Shown: positions 1 to 9,520 of the stretch, piece after piece | How the letters are laid out: the number at the start of each line of letters is the position of its first letter | How positions within the stretch are numbered: position 1 is the stretch's first letter | DNA from: an uncultured bacterium | GTDB taxonomy: Bacteria; Patescibacteriota; Minisyncoccia; Phycocordibacterales; UBA9973 | Direction of reading: 5' to 3' | Length of the DNA stretch: 64,000 bases | NCBI GenBank assembly: GCA_937903035.1 | Contig: CALCZP010000008.1 | Coordinates: 21,551-85,550 of the forward strand | The notes under the pieces: generated by a model | What the model was told of the DNA's origin: nothing | The model's input: only the letters and a program-made list of their open reading frames with translations | The model's database searches: none | Position numbers and translations under genes: made by a program

Positions 1-242
1 AGCTCAAGGAAGAAGAGGAGGCGAGTAAATATGCCGGTGATCGCAAAAATCAGATTGGTACCGCTGATCGTAGTGAGAAAATCCGTACCTACAACTTTCC
101 GCAGGATCGGGTGACAGATCATCGTATTCGTCAGAACTTCTCAAATATCGAAGGGCTCATGATGGGCAAGATCGACAAGATTATTGATGCGCTCAAGAGT
201 GGTGAGCGTGCAGATGATGCTGGTGAGGATGACGACGAGTAG
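1..242 (+). CDS. prfA: peptide chain release factor 1, 3' end (partial)
   Basis: Frame 3 reads ...[29 protein letters not shown]..., the RF1 C-terminal signature; stop TAG 240-242. Confidence 0.93.
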   Translation, partial: LKEEEEASKYAGDRKNQIGTADRSEKIRTYNFPQDRVTDHRIRQNFSNIEGLMMGKIDKIIDALKSGERADDAGEDDDE

Positions 243-281
243 GTTGAAAAATCCTGGAAATTTGATATAGTAGGCAAGCTT

Positions 282-356
282 GCGTGTATAGTTCAGTGGT
301 AGAACGCTGTCCTGATAAGACAGAGGCCCTTGGTCCGATTCCAAGTACACGCACCA
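282..356 (+). tRNA. tRNA-Ile(GAT)
   Basis: Acceptor GCGTGTA/TACACGC plus ACCA; anticodon arm CTGTC-CTGATAA-GACAG; variant T-loop TCCGATT. Confidence 0.95.
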
Positions 357-357
357 T

Positions 358-1050
358 ATGATTCTCTCAATTGTTGCTACTCCTATTGGCAACCTCGCTG
401 ATAGTTCAGCTCGTGCAGTCGACGTTCTCTCAAAGGCGACACTTGTTATTGCTGAGGATACTCGTACGACAGGGCAGCTGTTGAAACTTCTTGGTGTGGA
501 AGGCAAAAAAGACTTTATTTCAAGTCATGCCCAGTCGAGCGAGGGTGCACTGCATAAGGCACTTGAGCGATGTCAGAAGCATGAGCATATTGCACTCGTG
601 ACTGATGCTGGAACACCTGCTATTTCTGATCCTGGATCGTATTTTGTTAGTGAGTTTCGGAAATCATACCCAGATGCGACTATTGTGCCAATTCCCGGCC
701 CATCAGCGGTTATTGCGGCACTTTCAGTCTCAGGGTTTCCAGCGTCTCATTTTGAATTCATGGGATTTGTCCCGCACAAAAAAGGTCGTCAGACACTCTT
801 TGCAGACATTGCTGCAACCGAGCATTGTGTGATCCTCTATGAGTCACCACACCGCATTTTGAAAACATTAGAATCCCTTGCAGTATCACTCGGTGAGCGT
901 GTCATTATGATAGGGCGTGAAATGACCAAGGCGTTTGAAGAGTACCCAGTGGGAACCGCACAAGAACTTTTGACATACTACACACAGCATCCAGACAAGG
1001 TTCGGGGTGAGTTTGTGATTGTGATCGCACCGCTGTCATATACCCAATAA
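358..1050 (+). CDS. rsmI: 16S rRNA (cytidine1402-2'-O)-methyltransferase
   Basis: VATPIGNL, AEDTR, DAGTPAISDPG, YESPHR and RGEFV motifs. Confidence 0.95.
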   Translation: MILSIVATPIGNLADSSARAVDVLSKATLVIAEDTRTTGQLLKLLGVEGKKDFISSHAQSSEGALHKALERCQKHEHIALVTDAGTPAISDPGSYFVSEFRKSYPDATIVPIPGPSAVIAALSVSGFPASHFEFMGFVPHKKGRQTLFADIAATEHCVILYESPHRILKTLESLAVSLGERVIMIGREMTKAFEEYPVGTAQELLTYYTQHPDKVRGEFVIVIAPLSYTQ

Positions 1051-1069
1051 TTTGGTATACTGGCATCCT

Positions 1070-1294
1070 ATGATACGCAAATTACGGATCCTCTTTTGGA
1101 TAGGCATTGTACTCCTTTTTGTTCCATTTTTTGGTATCCACTCCTCATGGAAAAGTATCCTTACGGTACTGATTGGTGTTGGTATTGTCTATCTCTCGCT
1201 TAGTATTCGCAAAGACTACAAGATCATCAAATTCAAGCTCAAGCGTTTTGAAGAACCGCAAGTACAGCCAGAAATTCATACCACAACAGCATGA
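1070..1294 (+). CDS. small two-TM membrane protein
   Basis: Two hydrophobic helices; ATG 1070 lies 8 nt after TGgTATACT; overlaps the start of ctpA. Confidence 0.7.
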   Translation: MIRKLRILFWIGIVLLFVPFFGIHSSWKSILTVLIGVGIVYLSLSIRKDYKIIKFKLKRFEEPQVQPEIHTTTA

Positions 1295-2520
1295 GTCATC
1301 ACGAGGACACTTCACATCTCAAGACAGGTAAGAAAGTCATCATTGGCGTTATTTTTGTCGTAGCAGCATTTTTCTGTGGCGTGTCTGTTGGATATCAAAA
1401 CCGCCCTGCAATGGCGCAAATCGTAGATGTTGTGCACAAGGAAAGTCCAATAGTGAGCACTAGCAATGCTGACTTTAATACCTTCTGGAAAGCGTGGCAG
1501 ACGATTGATCAGAAGTTTCCTGGTGCTGACAAGATAAGCTCTACTGATCGGGTCTATGGGGCTATTAAGGGTTTGACAGAGTCATTTGGTGATCCGTACA
1601 CGATGTTTTTCCCGCCGGTTGAAAGTAAAATCTTTGAGAGTGAGATTGCAGGAGGGTTTGATGGCATTGGTGTTGAAATTGGAAAAAAAGATGGCATTCT
1701 AACCGTGATTGCACCACTCAAAGACACTCCAGGTGAAAAAGCTGGCATTAAGTCAGGTGACAAAATCGTCAAGATTGATGATACTGTTACTACTGATTTT
1801 TCTGTTGACAGGGCAATTGATTTGATTCGTGGCAAAGCTGGTACAACAGTGAAGCTCACGGTGATTCGTGAGGGATTGACTGAGCCCAAAGTTATTTCTG
1901 TTGTTCGTGGTCATATTGAACTTCCGACTATTAAGACTGAGGACCGGCCAAATGATGATGCGTATGTGATCCATTTGTACAACTTTTCTGCACAGTCAGC
2001 ACGACTCTTTCATGACGCAATGCTGAGCTATATCGCATCTGGACGCAAAAACCTCCTTCTTGATCTTCGTGGTAATCCTGGCGGCTATCTCGACGCTGCC
2101 GCTTCAATGGGAAGCTTGTTCATCTCTGAAGGAAAGGTTATTGTCAAAGAGATTGGTAAAACGCCTGATGATGTATCATCGCACAACAGTACTGGTCCCG
2201 TTCTATTCCCAAAGGGTTCAAAGCTCATCATTCTTGCTGATAAAGGCTCTGCATCAGCGTCAGAGATTCTCGCAGGTGCACTCGTTGATCATGGTATTGG
2301 CATTCTGGTAGGTGAGCAGACCTTTGGTAAGGGTTCGGTACAAGAAGTCGTAAAGCTTACCCCTGATACATCACTAAAGGTTACTGTTGCTAAATGGTAT
2401 ACTCCAAATGGTATTTCAATCTCTGAGAAAGGTCTCACCCCATCTATTGTGATTCATCAAGCAACAAGTGGTACAGTAGATACGCAACTCGAAGACGCGA
2501 TCAAACTTTTTAAACAATAA
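1291..2520 (+). CDS. ctpA: S41 carboxyl-terminal protease with PDZ domain
   Basis: N-terminal TM; GIGVEI PDZ motif, LDLRGNPGG, SASASE and TFGKGSVQ motifs. Confidence 0.92.
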   Translation: MSHHEDTSHLKTGKKVIIGVIFVVAAFFCGVSVGYQNRPAMAQIVDVVHKESPIVSTSNADFNTFWKAWQTIDQKFPGADKISSTDRVYGAIKGLTESFGDPYTMFFPPVESKIFESEIAGGFDGIGVEIGKKDGILTVIAPLKDTPGEKAGIKSGDKIVKIDDTVTTDFSVDRAIDLIRGKAGTTVKLTVIREGLTEPKVISVVRGHIELPTIKTEDRPNDDAYVIHLYNFSAQSARLFHDAMLSYIASGRKNLLLDLRGNPGGYLDAAASMGSLFISEGKVIVKEIGKTPDDVSSHNSTGPVLFPKGSKLIILADKGSASASEILAGALVDHGIGILVGEQTFGKGSVQEVVKLTPDTSLKVTVAKWYTPNGISISEKGLTPSIVIHQATSGTVDTQLEDAIKLFKQ

Positions 2521-2524
2521 TTCT

Positions 2525-2971
2525 ATGAAAGTCATTCTCACCAAATCAGTTCCAAAGCTCGGCAAGACCAACGATGTTATCGATGTTCCTGATGGCTACG
2601 CCGCAAATGCACTATTTCCAAAACGTCTTGCAGTACCTGCAACACCTGCTGCACTAGCGACCCTTGCACAGAAACAAAAAAATGCGATTACTGCCAAACA
2701 AATTCAGCATGACTTATTGGATCGGGCAGTACAGTCACTTGAAGGCCAAACTCTTGTCTATGCTACAAAAGCGAATGACAAAGGGAGTCTCTTTTCGAAA
2801 GTTGACGAGGTTGATGTTGCTCGCGAGCTCATGGAGAAACACCGTATTTCGATTGATAGTAAATGTATAACTATTCGTGAAGGTGTGATCAAACACACTG
2901 GTACTTATAGCGTAGATATTACTGATGGTTCATTTAAATCCGCTATTACTTTGCGTGTTGTTGCAGCATAG
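2525..2971 (+). CDS. rplI: 50S ribosomal protein L9
   Basis: MKVIL...LGK..DV.DV.DGYA.N.L.P N-terminal signature. Confidence 0.93.
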   Translation: MKVILTKSVPKLGKTNDVIDVPDGYAANALFPKRLAVPATPAALATLAQKQKNAITAKQIQHDLLDRAVQSLEGQTLVYATKANDKGSLFSKVDEVDVARELMEKHRISIDSKCITIREGVIKHTGTYSVDITDGSFKSAITLRVVAA

Positions 2972-2984
2972 CTTTTACAGTAAA

Positions 2985-3017
2985 TAAAAAATCCTCTCAA
3001 ATGAGAGGATTTTTTAT
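2985..3017. terminator. bidirectional intrinsic terminator
   Basis: taaaaaatcctctc-aaat-gagaggatttttta between convergent rplI and rpmA. Confidence 0.85.
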
Positions 3018-3290
3018 TTAGATAATGTTTGCAGCTTTGCGAGTAGTCTTGGTGCCATCAAAGTTGAGCTTGCGCTTTTGGCTGAACTTCACTGTACCAT
3101 CCTTGAGTGCGTAGAGGGTATGGTCTTTACCGATACCAACTGATACACCAGGAAGGATCTTGGTGCCACGCTGACGAACGATAATAGATCCAGCAAGCGC
3201 CTTCTGACCATCGTAGAGTTTTGTACCCAAATACTGCGCATTTGAGTCGCTGATGTTTTTTACTGCTCCTTGTGCTTTCTTATGTGCCAT
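3018..3290 (-). CDS. rpmA: 50S ribosomal protein L27
   Basis: MAHKKAQG...LGTK...[11 protein letters not shown]...GKDHTLYAL; start corrected to ATG 3290. Confidence 0.96.
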   Translation of the reverse strand: MAHKKAQGAVKNISDSNAQYLGTKLYDGQKALAGSIIVRQRGTKILPGVSVGIGKDHTLYALKDGTVKFSQKRKLNFDGTKTTRKAANII

Positions 3291-3354
3291 AGTACCGACA
3301 ATAGTATCCCAAGCAGGCTTTTCTGTCAATCCGTAACGAGCTATACTCAGAGGA

Positions 3355-3744
3355 GTGGAATCCTTTATTTCAAAGCATTATACAAGCCTTTTTGTAGGTT
3401 TTTTGGCTATATTTGGGTGTCTGGCATTCTACGCAGGGTATTTGCACGCAAATACTCCTTCAGGGGGTGGAAACGGTGCTGTAATGTTTTCATGCTCTGA
3501 GGCTGTACTCTCCAAGCTCAGCATTCCTACAACTACACTTGCGCAGTCTATAAAATATACAAAAAACAATATAAATAATACGTTGTCAACTGATAGGCAA
3601 GGGGAGTGGGTTGGTTCTAAAAATGGCACTAAATACTATACACCTGGCTGTGCTGGGGCGTCTCGCATTAAAACAGAGAACTATGTCTGGTTTGAATCCG
3701 AAGATGATGCTACAGTCCAAGGGTATAGTCGGGGATCATGTTAA
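3355..3744 (+). CDS. membrane-anchored protein with C-terminal Ada-like metal-binding module
   Basis: N-terminal TM; C-terminal [24 protein letters not shown]...A...GY. Confidence 0.7.
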   Translation: MESFISKHYTSLFVGFLAIFGCLAFYAGYLHANTPSGGGNGAVMFSCSEAVLSKLSIPTTTLAQSIKYTKNNINNTLSTDRQGEWVGSKNGTKYYTPGCAGASRIKTENYVWFESEDDATVQGYSRGSC

Positions 3745-4619
3745 AGAAACTATTTACTTCAATCGCGGTCTTTATACTTCTCGCTATGGCGGGCAGTCTG
3801 GTGCTTTCACCTGAAAAGGTAAAACCGTATATTGAGAGATTTAAAAATACGATAGCAAATACAGCGGACAAGGCATTGCCAATTGAAATTGTCCCAACAC
3901 TTCCGGTTATCAAAAAAGATCTTGCAGCTCTTGGGATCAAAAAGAAAAATGAAGAGCTTTCAGTTGATGATGTCATTGATGCTACTAATAAAGAGCGTGT
4001 AAAGGCCGGACTTATGCCACTCTCAACCAATCCGAAACTCCTCGCAACTGCAACTAGTAAAAATGCTGACATGATCACGTATCAGTACTTTGAACATACC
4101 TCACCATCGGGCAAGACCGTATCTGACCTTGGTCGGGAAGCAAAGTATGACTATGTGGTCATGGGTGAGAATCTTGCGCTTGGAAACTTTGATAGTGCCG
4201 AAGAACTTCTGAATGCATGGATGAACAGTCCTGGGCACCGTGCCAATATCTTGAATGAAAACTACCAAGAGATTGGTGTCTCGGTGATTAAAGATACCTA
4301 TCAAGGCAAAGAAGTATGGTTTGCGGTCCAGCATTTTGGTACGACACGCGGCGTCTGTCCTATTATTGATACAATGCTCAAGCGTCGTATTGATGTGACG
4401 GCAAGTGAGCTCAAGGTCAAGGAAGCTCAGATTACTGTTCTTCGCAAAGGACTTGAATCTTCTGATCGACCAGAGGGGACTGAGTATCAAGCTCTTGTAA
4501 ATCAGTTCAATAAGCTTATTGGTGAATACAATGCATTGCTCAAGGTATCCCAGGTCGACATTTCAAACTATAATCTGCAAGTCAATTCATTTAATAAATG
4601 TCTGGCACAGTACCAGTAA
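3738..4619 (+). CDS. CAP (SCP/antigen 5) domain protein
   Basis: TNKER, YFEHTSP, GENLA, WMNSPGHRANIL motifs; coiled C-terminus. Confidence 0.9.
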   Translation: MLKKLFTSIAVFILLAMAGSLVLSPEKVKPYIERFKNTIANTADKALPIEIVPTLPVIKKDLAALGIKKKNEELSVDDVIDATNKERVKAGLMPLSTNPKLLATATSKNADMITYQYFEHTSPSGKTVSDLGREAKYDYVVMGENLALGNFDSAEELLNAWMNSPGHRANILNENYQEIGVSVIKDTYQGKEVWFAVQHFGTTRGVCPIIDTMLKRRIDVTASELKVKEAQITVLRKGLESSDRPEGTEYQALVNQFNKLIGEYNALLKVSQVDISNYNLQVNSFNKCLAQYQ

Positions 4620-4766
4620 TATAATTTCTGATTGTCGGAGAGAGGAGTGGTCAGTACCACTCTTTTTTGTTGTCCACTCGACTAGTCTCTCGTAGGAGGA
4701 GGAAACTATACTAACGTCGTACAATATATCTTTTACGACACTATTTAAGTAATATATAATAGGACA

Positions 4767-4861
4767 CGTATAGGCTTGAGGATGCTGTGTAGACGTATCC
4801 TACATCCTCTTCTTAAACCAACATAAAAGCAACTATCAATATGGATGGCTTTTTAGTTTTT
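4767..4861 (+). ncRNA. candidate small RNA
   Basis: TTTACG-N17-TATAAT (4732-4760); GAGGATG/CATCCTC stem; weak terminal hairpin with T-run; no ORF. Confidence 0.3.
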
Positions 4862-4881
4862 CGAATTGCTATACTTACTAT

Positions 4882-5136
4882 ATGATGATACCTCCTGAGA
4901 CCAGAGCTCTTCTCATTAAAAAACTCAAAGAAGGCTTTGATATACGTCATGCGTGTTCGTATGCAAAGGTTAACAGACCAACACTCTATGAATACTACAA
5001 AGTAGATCCTGAATTTAAGATAAAGGTCAACAAAACGATTGATACATTTAATCAGCGTCAAGAAACCAAAGACAAAATGTCAGCGCGACATGTCTTGCGC
5101 AGAGCAAAGCAAGGATTGCGCAATAAGATGAAATAA
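4882..5136 (+). CDS. small HTH protein resembling a terminase-small-subunit N-terminal HTH
   Basis: HACSYAKVNRPTLYEYYKVDPEF pattern; leaderless TGcTATACT-N6-ATG. Confidence 0.6.
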   Translation: MMIPPETRALLIKKLKEGFDIRHACSYAKVNRPTLYEYYKVDPEFKIKVNKTIDTFNQRQETKDKMSARHVLRRAKQGLRNKMK

Positions 5137-5145
5137 ATGTAATTT

Positions 5146-5670
5146 TTAGCTACGAAGAGATGTTCGGATACGCTCAATTTCCTTTTCGTCCTTCCTCACC
5201 CGCTCCGCTATTCTTTGGTTTGGTGCAGTGATTTGTGTAGTGTTTGAAAGTAATACTGGCTGTTGTACAAGCTTTGTGAGATGCGAGTAGAGTGCTTCTG
5301 CTTTGTACCTAAAGTCATCTCCATCTTTCATAACGAGCAACGTATAGCCTTCATGATGGGCACCAACCTGTTCCGCCATTGTTCCATGGCGCTCCCCTTT
5401 TTCAAGTACTTCCTGCAATAGGAGGCTGTTGTGCCCTGTTTTTTCAAGGAGTGCTTTAAATTCAGATAATGTCTGTACAGTAATAGTGCTATCATCCAGT
5501 GTTCGCTTAAGCTCAGCAATCCTCCTAGGATCACCAGATTCGTTTGTAAGCTGCTCTATGGTATCTATAAGGTCTTTTGCAATCTCATAAGGCAATGCAT
5601 GTTCTTGAGCCTTTTTGAGGAGTAATTCGGGCGAATGTTGCAGTATTTCAAGAGACGAGAAGCGTTCCAT
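5146..5670 (-). CDS. hypothetical helical protein
   Basis: 174-aa ORF with TATACT-N6-ATG. Confidence 0.7.
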   Translation of the reverse strand: MERFSSLEILQHSPELLLKKAQEHALPYEIAKDLIDTIEQLTNESGDPRRIAELKRTLDDSTITVQTLSEFKALLEKTGHNSLLLQEVLEKGERHGTMAEQVGAHHEGYTLLVMKDGDDFRYKAEALYSHLTKLVQQPVLLSNTTQITAPNQRIAERVRKDEKEIERIRTSLRS

Positions 5671-5726
5671 ACTGAGAGTATACCCCCTTTTGTATTCTTA
5701 ACAGATACTATTTGTATATCAAACAA

Positions 5727-5759
5727 AAAAGCATTAACGTGTGGTTCGTTAATGCTTTT
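5727..5759. terminator. intrinsic terminator
   Basis: aaaagcattaacg-N7-cgttaatgctttt just downstream of the 5767-6597 gene. Confidence 0.8.
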
Positions 5760-5766
5760 AGACTTT

Positions 5767-6597
5767 TCATTTTTTGATACTAAAATCATACAGTTTTTGG
5801 CCAGTGCGGTATGCTTCGTCGTTGCCATTATAGGCAAAGGCATATTCGCCTGACTTCATTTCGCCTGGAATGATTTCAAATGCACCATTCGCAAGCTTTT
5901 TTACTGTTGTACCTTTTACCTGATCATCATCATCAATAATAGAAAGTGATGATAAGCTGCTTTTCTTGCCAACTACCAGTTCACGCTCTTTCTTTTTCTT
6001 ATCAAGTTTGACGATACAAAGCTCTTTCGTAAGAATTTCTTTTGCCCTGAAATACAGGTTATCATACTTCCTTCGATCATCAGGATCAGATGAAATCCAT
6101 AAATAAAACTTTGGTGCAGTAGAAAACTGAGTCGATGATTCAGGATGATCAACAGTGATAACATACTTTGCTTTTGCTACTGCAGATATTGCAGCAAGAC
6201 CACGGACCACATCAGCTTTTGATGATTCATTCTGTTGAAATTTCGTAACTGTTCCATCAGTAGTTTGATAGTAAACACCGGAGCCACCTTTTTTGAATGC
6301 CACAAGAAGGGGATCTGTTTCTACGGGTGCAGCTTCTGGTACTGATGTTTTCTTAACCATTTCTTCTACTACCTCATCAAGCACTCCTTCTTTTTTAAGC
6401 TGAGTGAGTGCCTGCATATCAGTGGTAAATTTACCAACTGAATTAGTAATTTTTGTTTTAATCAGACTCGCATTCCAGCCCTGTTTTGTGAGCTCGATTA
6501 CTTTTTGATTTGTCATGGTGTCTTTTTGTGCACTTGCAATTGAAGTCGCACAAAACAATGTCAAAATCAATACGATGATAGTACTGTACGTTTTCAT
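5767..6597 (-). CDS. secreted hypothetical protein (signal peptide ...ASA|Q)
   Basis: Signal peptide; MTNQKVIELTKQG...LKKEGV.DEVV helical module; own TTGACA promoter. Confidence 0.75.
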   Translation of the reverse strand: MKTYSTIIVLILTLFCATSIASAQKDTMTNQKVIELTKQGWNASLIKTKITNSVGKFTTDMQALTQLKKEGVLDEVVEEMVKKTSVPEAAPVETDPLLVAFKKGGSGVYYQTTDGTVTKFQQNESSKADVVRGLAAISAVAKAKYVITVDHPESSTQFSTAPKFYLWISSDPDDRRKYDNLYFRAKEILTKELCIVKLDKKKKERELVVGKKSSLSSLSIIDDDDQVKGTTVKKLANGAFEIIPGEMKSGEYAFAYNGNDEAYRTGQKLYDFSIKK

Positions 6598-6661
6598 GTT
6601 TTTAACTTTTTGGTTTAAAAACATAATACTATACCAAGATAGTATGTCAACTTCTTGTTCC

Positions 6662-7654
6662 CTACTGAGCTAAGAGAAGCTCTATTATTTTTGCTTGAGT
6701 GACTGCGCCCGCAATCCCAGTAACGATAAGGTTAGTATCTTTTTGGAATCGTTTGACAGCATCTACGGTGCTCTTACCATAGACACCATCAGCTTTAAGA
6801 TTTAGCTTTAGGAGTGTATTGAGATTTGTTTGAAGTAGTTTAACATCAGCCCCCTTAAGTCCTGCTTTCAAAATACGATTTGGAATTGTTGTTGTGGTAG
6901 AAGGTATAGTCTTTGATTCTGTTTTTTGTTCAGTGACTACGGGCTTTGGTGGGATTTCAGTGGTATCAGAGACTTTTTCTGCAACAACAGCTTCTTTTGC
7001 TTGTGCAACGTATTCTTGTTGAATTTTTTTGAGGATTGTACTGTCTTTAACTGCACTTGCGATGATTTGTTTGGCACCGTTGGTACGCTCTACAAAAGTG
7101 AACTCCTGTTTCAATCTAGTAAATGGATTGATAGGTGCTGTTGTTACATTTTTGTAGATACCAAAATGTAAATGTGCTTTGCCACCTTCCCCATTTCCTG
7201 TGCTGCCAACATATCCAATAATATCCCCTGCTTTGATTGTTGAGCCAACTTTGATTGTTGGTGCCACACTATCTAAATGTGCATAGTAGTATTTTTCATC
7301 GCCAGGATTTGCAGTAAAAACATAGTTGCCGCCATATCCTTGAAATCCAACTCCGAGTACTACGGCTTCAGTCGGACTCGCCACTGGTGTACCAGTGGGT
7401 GCAATAATATCGATACCTTCATGCGTTCTCCCGCCAGAACGAGCTTGTGACCAGGTATCCTTGAGGTCTGAAACAGTGACGCCAAACATAACGGGGATTT
7501 TAAGCTCAGTAACTGCAGTCGTAGCAAGCTTGTCCATCTTTGCATGAAGTGCAGGGGTTAGATAATAGTACGCTGCATGTACAGGTGTAGTAGGTAAAAG
7601 CAGTATTCCAAAAACAACACTACCTCCTATAAAAAATAAATTACTTATTCGCAT
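6662..7654 (-). CDS. M23 peptidase with C-terminal peptidoglycan-binding domain
   Basis: HEGID, YYAHL and HLH motifs; DGVYGKST..AVKRFQ PG_binding_1 motif; start corrected to MRISNL. Confidence 0.88.
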   Translation of the reverse strand: MRISNLFFIGGSVVFGILLLPTTPVHAAYYYLTPALHAKMDKLATTAVTELKIPVMFGVTVSDLKDTWSQARSGGRTHEGIDIIAPTGTPVASPTEAVVLGVGFQGYGGNYVFTANPGDEKYYYAHLDSVAPTIKVGSTIKAGDIIGYVGSTGNGEGGKAHLHFGIYKNVTTAPINPFTRLKQEFTFVERTNGAKQIIASAVKDSTILKKIQQEYVAQAKEAVVAEKVSDTTEIPPKPVVTEQKTESKTIPSTTTTIPNRILKAGLKGADVKLLQTNLNTLLKLNLKADGVYGKSTVDAVKRFQKDTNLIVTGIAGAVTQAKIIELLLAQ

Positions 7655-8150
7655 ATTGTCGAGTAAATGACATAAGTGATCCATCCTTGAGTACAAGATG
7701 AAGCTCATTTTGATCGATATTATATGAGTTAGTTTGGAGCAGTGCCGACTTGTAGCTTTTTTCAACGGAATCTGTTGGGCACGTTTTTGTATCACTTTGA
7801 GTAAATGCAACCAGTGAGAGATCAGATGAGTTGTCGGTAGTGAAACTGCCAATATATGTACCACAGTCAGTTGTCGCGACAACTTTTGTTGTGGTATCAA
7901 ATGCCAAGAGATAATCAGAAGGCTCATCAGGAGTCACCGTACTTCCATTGGGAAGCTTGGTATATTTCCATGCCCATGCAGAATCCTGTACGACTTTGTC
8001 ATCAGGTGCTGTAGTGATATCTGGTAGAACTGTCGTACCTGTTGTACGAACTTCAGGTGCTTTATAGTCACTTGGCCAAGTAAAGTAGACGAATGCACTA
8101 ATACCCAATAGTACGAGTGTTATGAGAATGATCCAGCTGTTTTTATGCAT
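7641..8150 (-). CDS. membrane-anchored META/HslJ-like protein
   Basis: N-terminal TM; TDC.TY.G.F...TKTC...Y...L META-like pattern. Confidence 0.65.
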   Translation of the reverse strand: MHKNSWIILITLVLLGISAFVYFTWPSDYKAPEVRTTGTTVLPDITTAPDDKVVQDSAWAWKYTKLPNGSTVTPDEPSDYLLAFDTTTKVVATTDCGTYIGSFTTDNSSDLSLVAFTQSDTKTCPTDSVEKSYKSALLQTNSYNIDQNELHLVLKDGSLMSFTRQYANK

Positions 8151-8174
8151 ATGAGTAGTATATAGTATTGCGAC

Positions 8175-8432
8175 TTATTGAGTGATTGTTTGACCTTCCT
8201 GGACGGTAGTAGTAGTTGTGCTTGTGTGAGTTGATGAGCCGCCAGTTTGGACAGTACTTGTACTGCTATGTGATGACGGGCTTACAGTGCGAACTGTTTC
8301 CGTATATATCGGCACTGATCGTGTAGATCTGACGAAGTATCCCCTTCGCCATGGAGCAGCATACAAGAGTGCGATCACTACAACGATAATAATAACTACG
8401 GTCAGGATTGCTTTATCTGTTGCGTCATTCAT
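8175..8432 (-). CDS. small single-TM protein with Ser/Thr-rich tail
   Basis: Hydrophobic helix followed by an S/T-rich region. Confidence 0.6.
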   Translation of the reverse strand: MNDATDKAILTVVIIIVVVIALLYAAPWRRGYFVRSTRSVPIYTETVRTVSPSSHSSTSTVQTGGSSTHTSTTTTTVQEGQTITQ

Positions 8433-8491
8433 ATAGTAAGGACGACTGAGTATACTAATGCTTACCATTGACTCCTCACAGCTACTGTCTC

Positions 8492-9049
8492 TTAGTATTT
8501 ACGCATCACCCCGCGAACAATAGCTACAATCGTAAGTTCGTGCTCTGGATAAATTGGTTTAAAGTTCTTGTTTGCTGGCTCAAGCCATACCTTTCCATTT
8601 TTTGTACAAAAATATTTCATGGTGAATTCCCCATCAACATTTGCAATTACAATATCCCCTTGTCTTGCGCTACTAGTACGCTCTGCAATCACAATATCGC
8701 CGTTGGCAATATGCGCATCAATCATGGAGTCGCCATCAACTTCAAATAAATACGTTGATTCACGCTTACGCACGAGATAACTCTCAATATTGAGCGTATC
8801 ATCTACAGCCTCACCTGGTGCTGGGAGACCAGCTTTGACCGAACCAAGTAGTGGTATTTCATCAAACAGGCTGGTGGGGATGAGTTTACCAAGTTTGTCT
8901 TTGGTCACCACACCTGCCTCAACAAGCTTTTCAATCACCCGAGCAACAGCATTTTTTGACTTGAAACCAAAAAGCGAAAGCATCTCCGAGTATGTCGGCA
9001 TACGCTTGCGAGATTGATAGAATGAGATTAATTTTTCTTGGTAATCCAT
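8492..9049 (-). CDS. lexA: LexA repressor
   Basis: N-terminal wHTH (PT..E...FGFKS..AV); Ala-Gly cleavage site (VKAG); GDSM catalytic Ser; TMK Lys. Confidence 0.9.
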   Translation of the reverse strand: MDYQEKLISFYQSRKRMPTYSEMLSLFGFKSKNAVARVIEKLVEAGVVTKDKLGKLIPTSLFDEIPLLGSVKAGLPAPGEAVDDTLNIESYLVRKRESTYLFEVDGDSMIDAHIANGDIVIAERTSSARQGDIVIANVDGEFTMKYFCTKNGKVWLEPANKNFKPIYPEHELTIVAIVRGVMRKY

Positions 9050-9052
9050 GAT

Positions 9053-9256
9053 TTAAAAAAAAGACGCAAATGCAGGAAATCGAAAAAAAGAAAGTGACTT
9101 TCGTGATTTTCCAAAGCGCTTGAGTATCATTGTATACCGTGCAAACTGGTTTGGGTATCGGTACATGGCCTGCTGTGCAATTTCATTACTTGCAACGATA
9201 CTTTTAATGCGATCAATTTCATGTTCGACAAGACGTTCAAATGGTGTGGTTTTCAT
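9053..9256 (-). CDS. 67-aa hypothetical protein in the lexA operon
   Basis: Tightly coupled to its neighbours; Phe-rich C-terminus. Confidence 0.6.
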   Translation of the reverse strand: MKTTPFERLVEHEIDRIKSIVASNEIAQQAMYRYPNQFARYTMILKRFGKSRKSLSFFRFPAFASFF

Positions 9257-9257
9257 A

Positions 9258-9449
9258 TTAGAAAGCTCCAGCAAATAATCTCCCAAACAAGCCGGCTGAT
9301 TGTTTGCGTATTGCGATCTTTCGAAGTAATGCTTTGTGCTCGCGAGACTCTGCACTGTATGATTGACCATTTATGATCTTGAGATCAATGCGTTCATTGA
9401 GCCGTCGGATCTTGTTTTCGATTGTTTTGATGTATTGTGTTTGTGACAT
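9258..9449 (-). CDS. 63-aa hypothetical protein, first gene of the lexA operon
   Basis: Follows the SOS promoter; helical, ending GLFGRLFAGAF. Confidence 0.7.
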   Translation of the reverse strand: MSQTQYIKTIENKIRRLNERIDLKIINGQSYSAESREHKALLRKIAIRKQSAGLFGRLFAGAF

Positions 9450-9485
9450 AGTCTGGGTTGTTATTACTGATAACTCGACCCTTCT

Positions 9486-9514
9486 AGTATAGGTGAACGA
9501 TTGTTCACCGTCAA
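9486..9514 (-). promoter_or_regulatory. lexA-operon promoter with LexA box GAAC-N4-GTTC between -35 and -10
   Basis: TTGACG-N17-TATACT; palindrome GGTGAAC-GATT-GTTCACC at 9492-9509. Confidence 0.88.
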
Positions 9515-9520
9515 CAAGAC

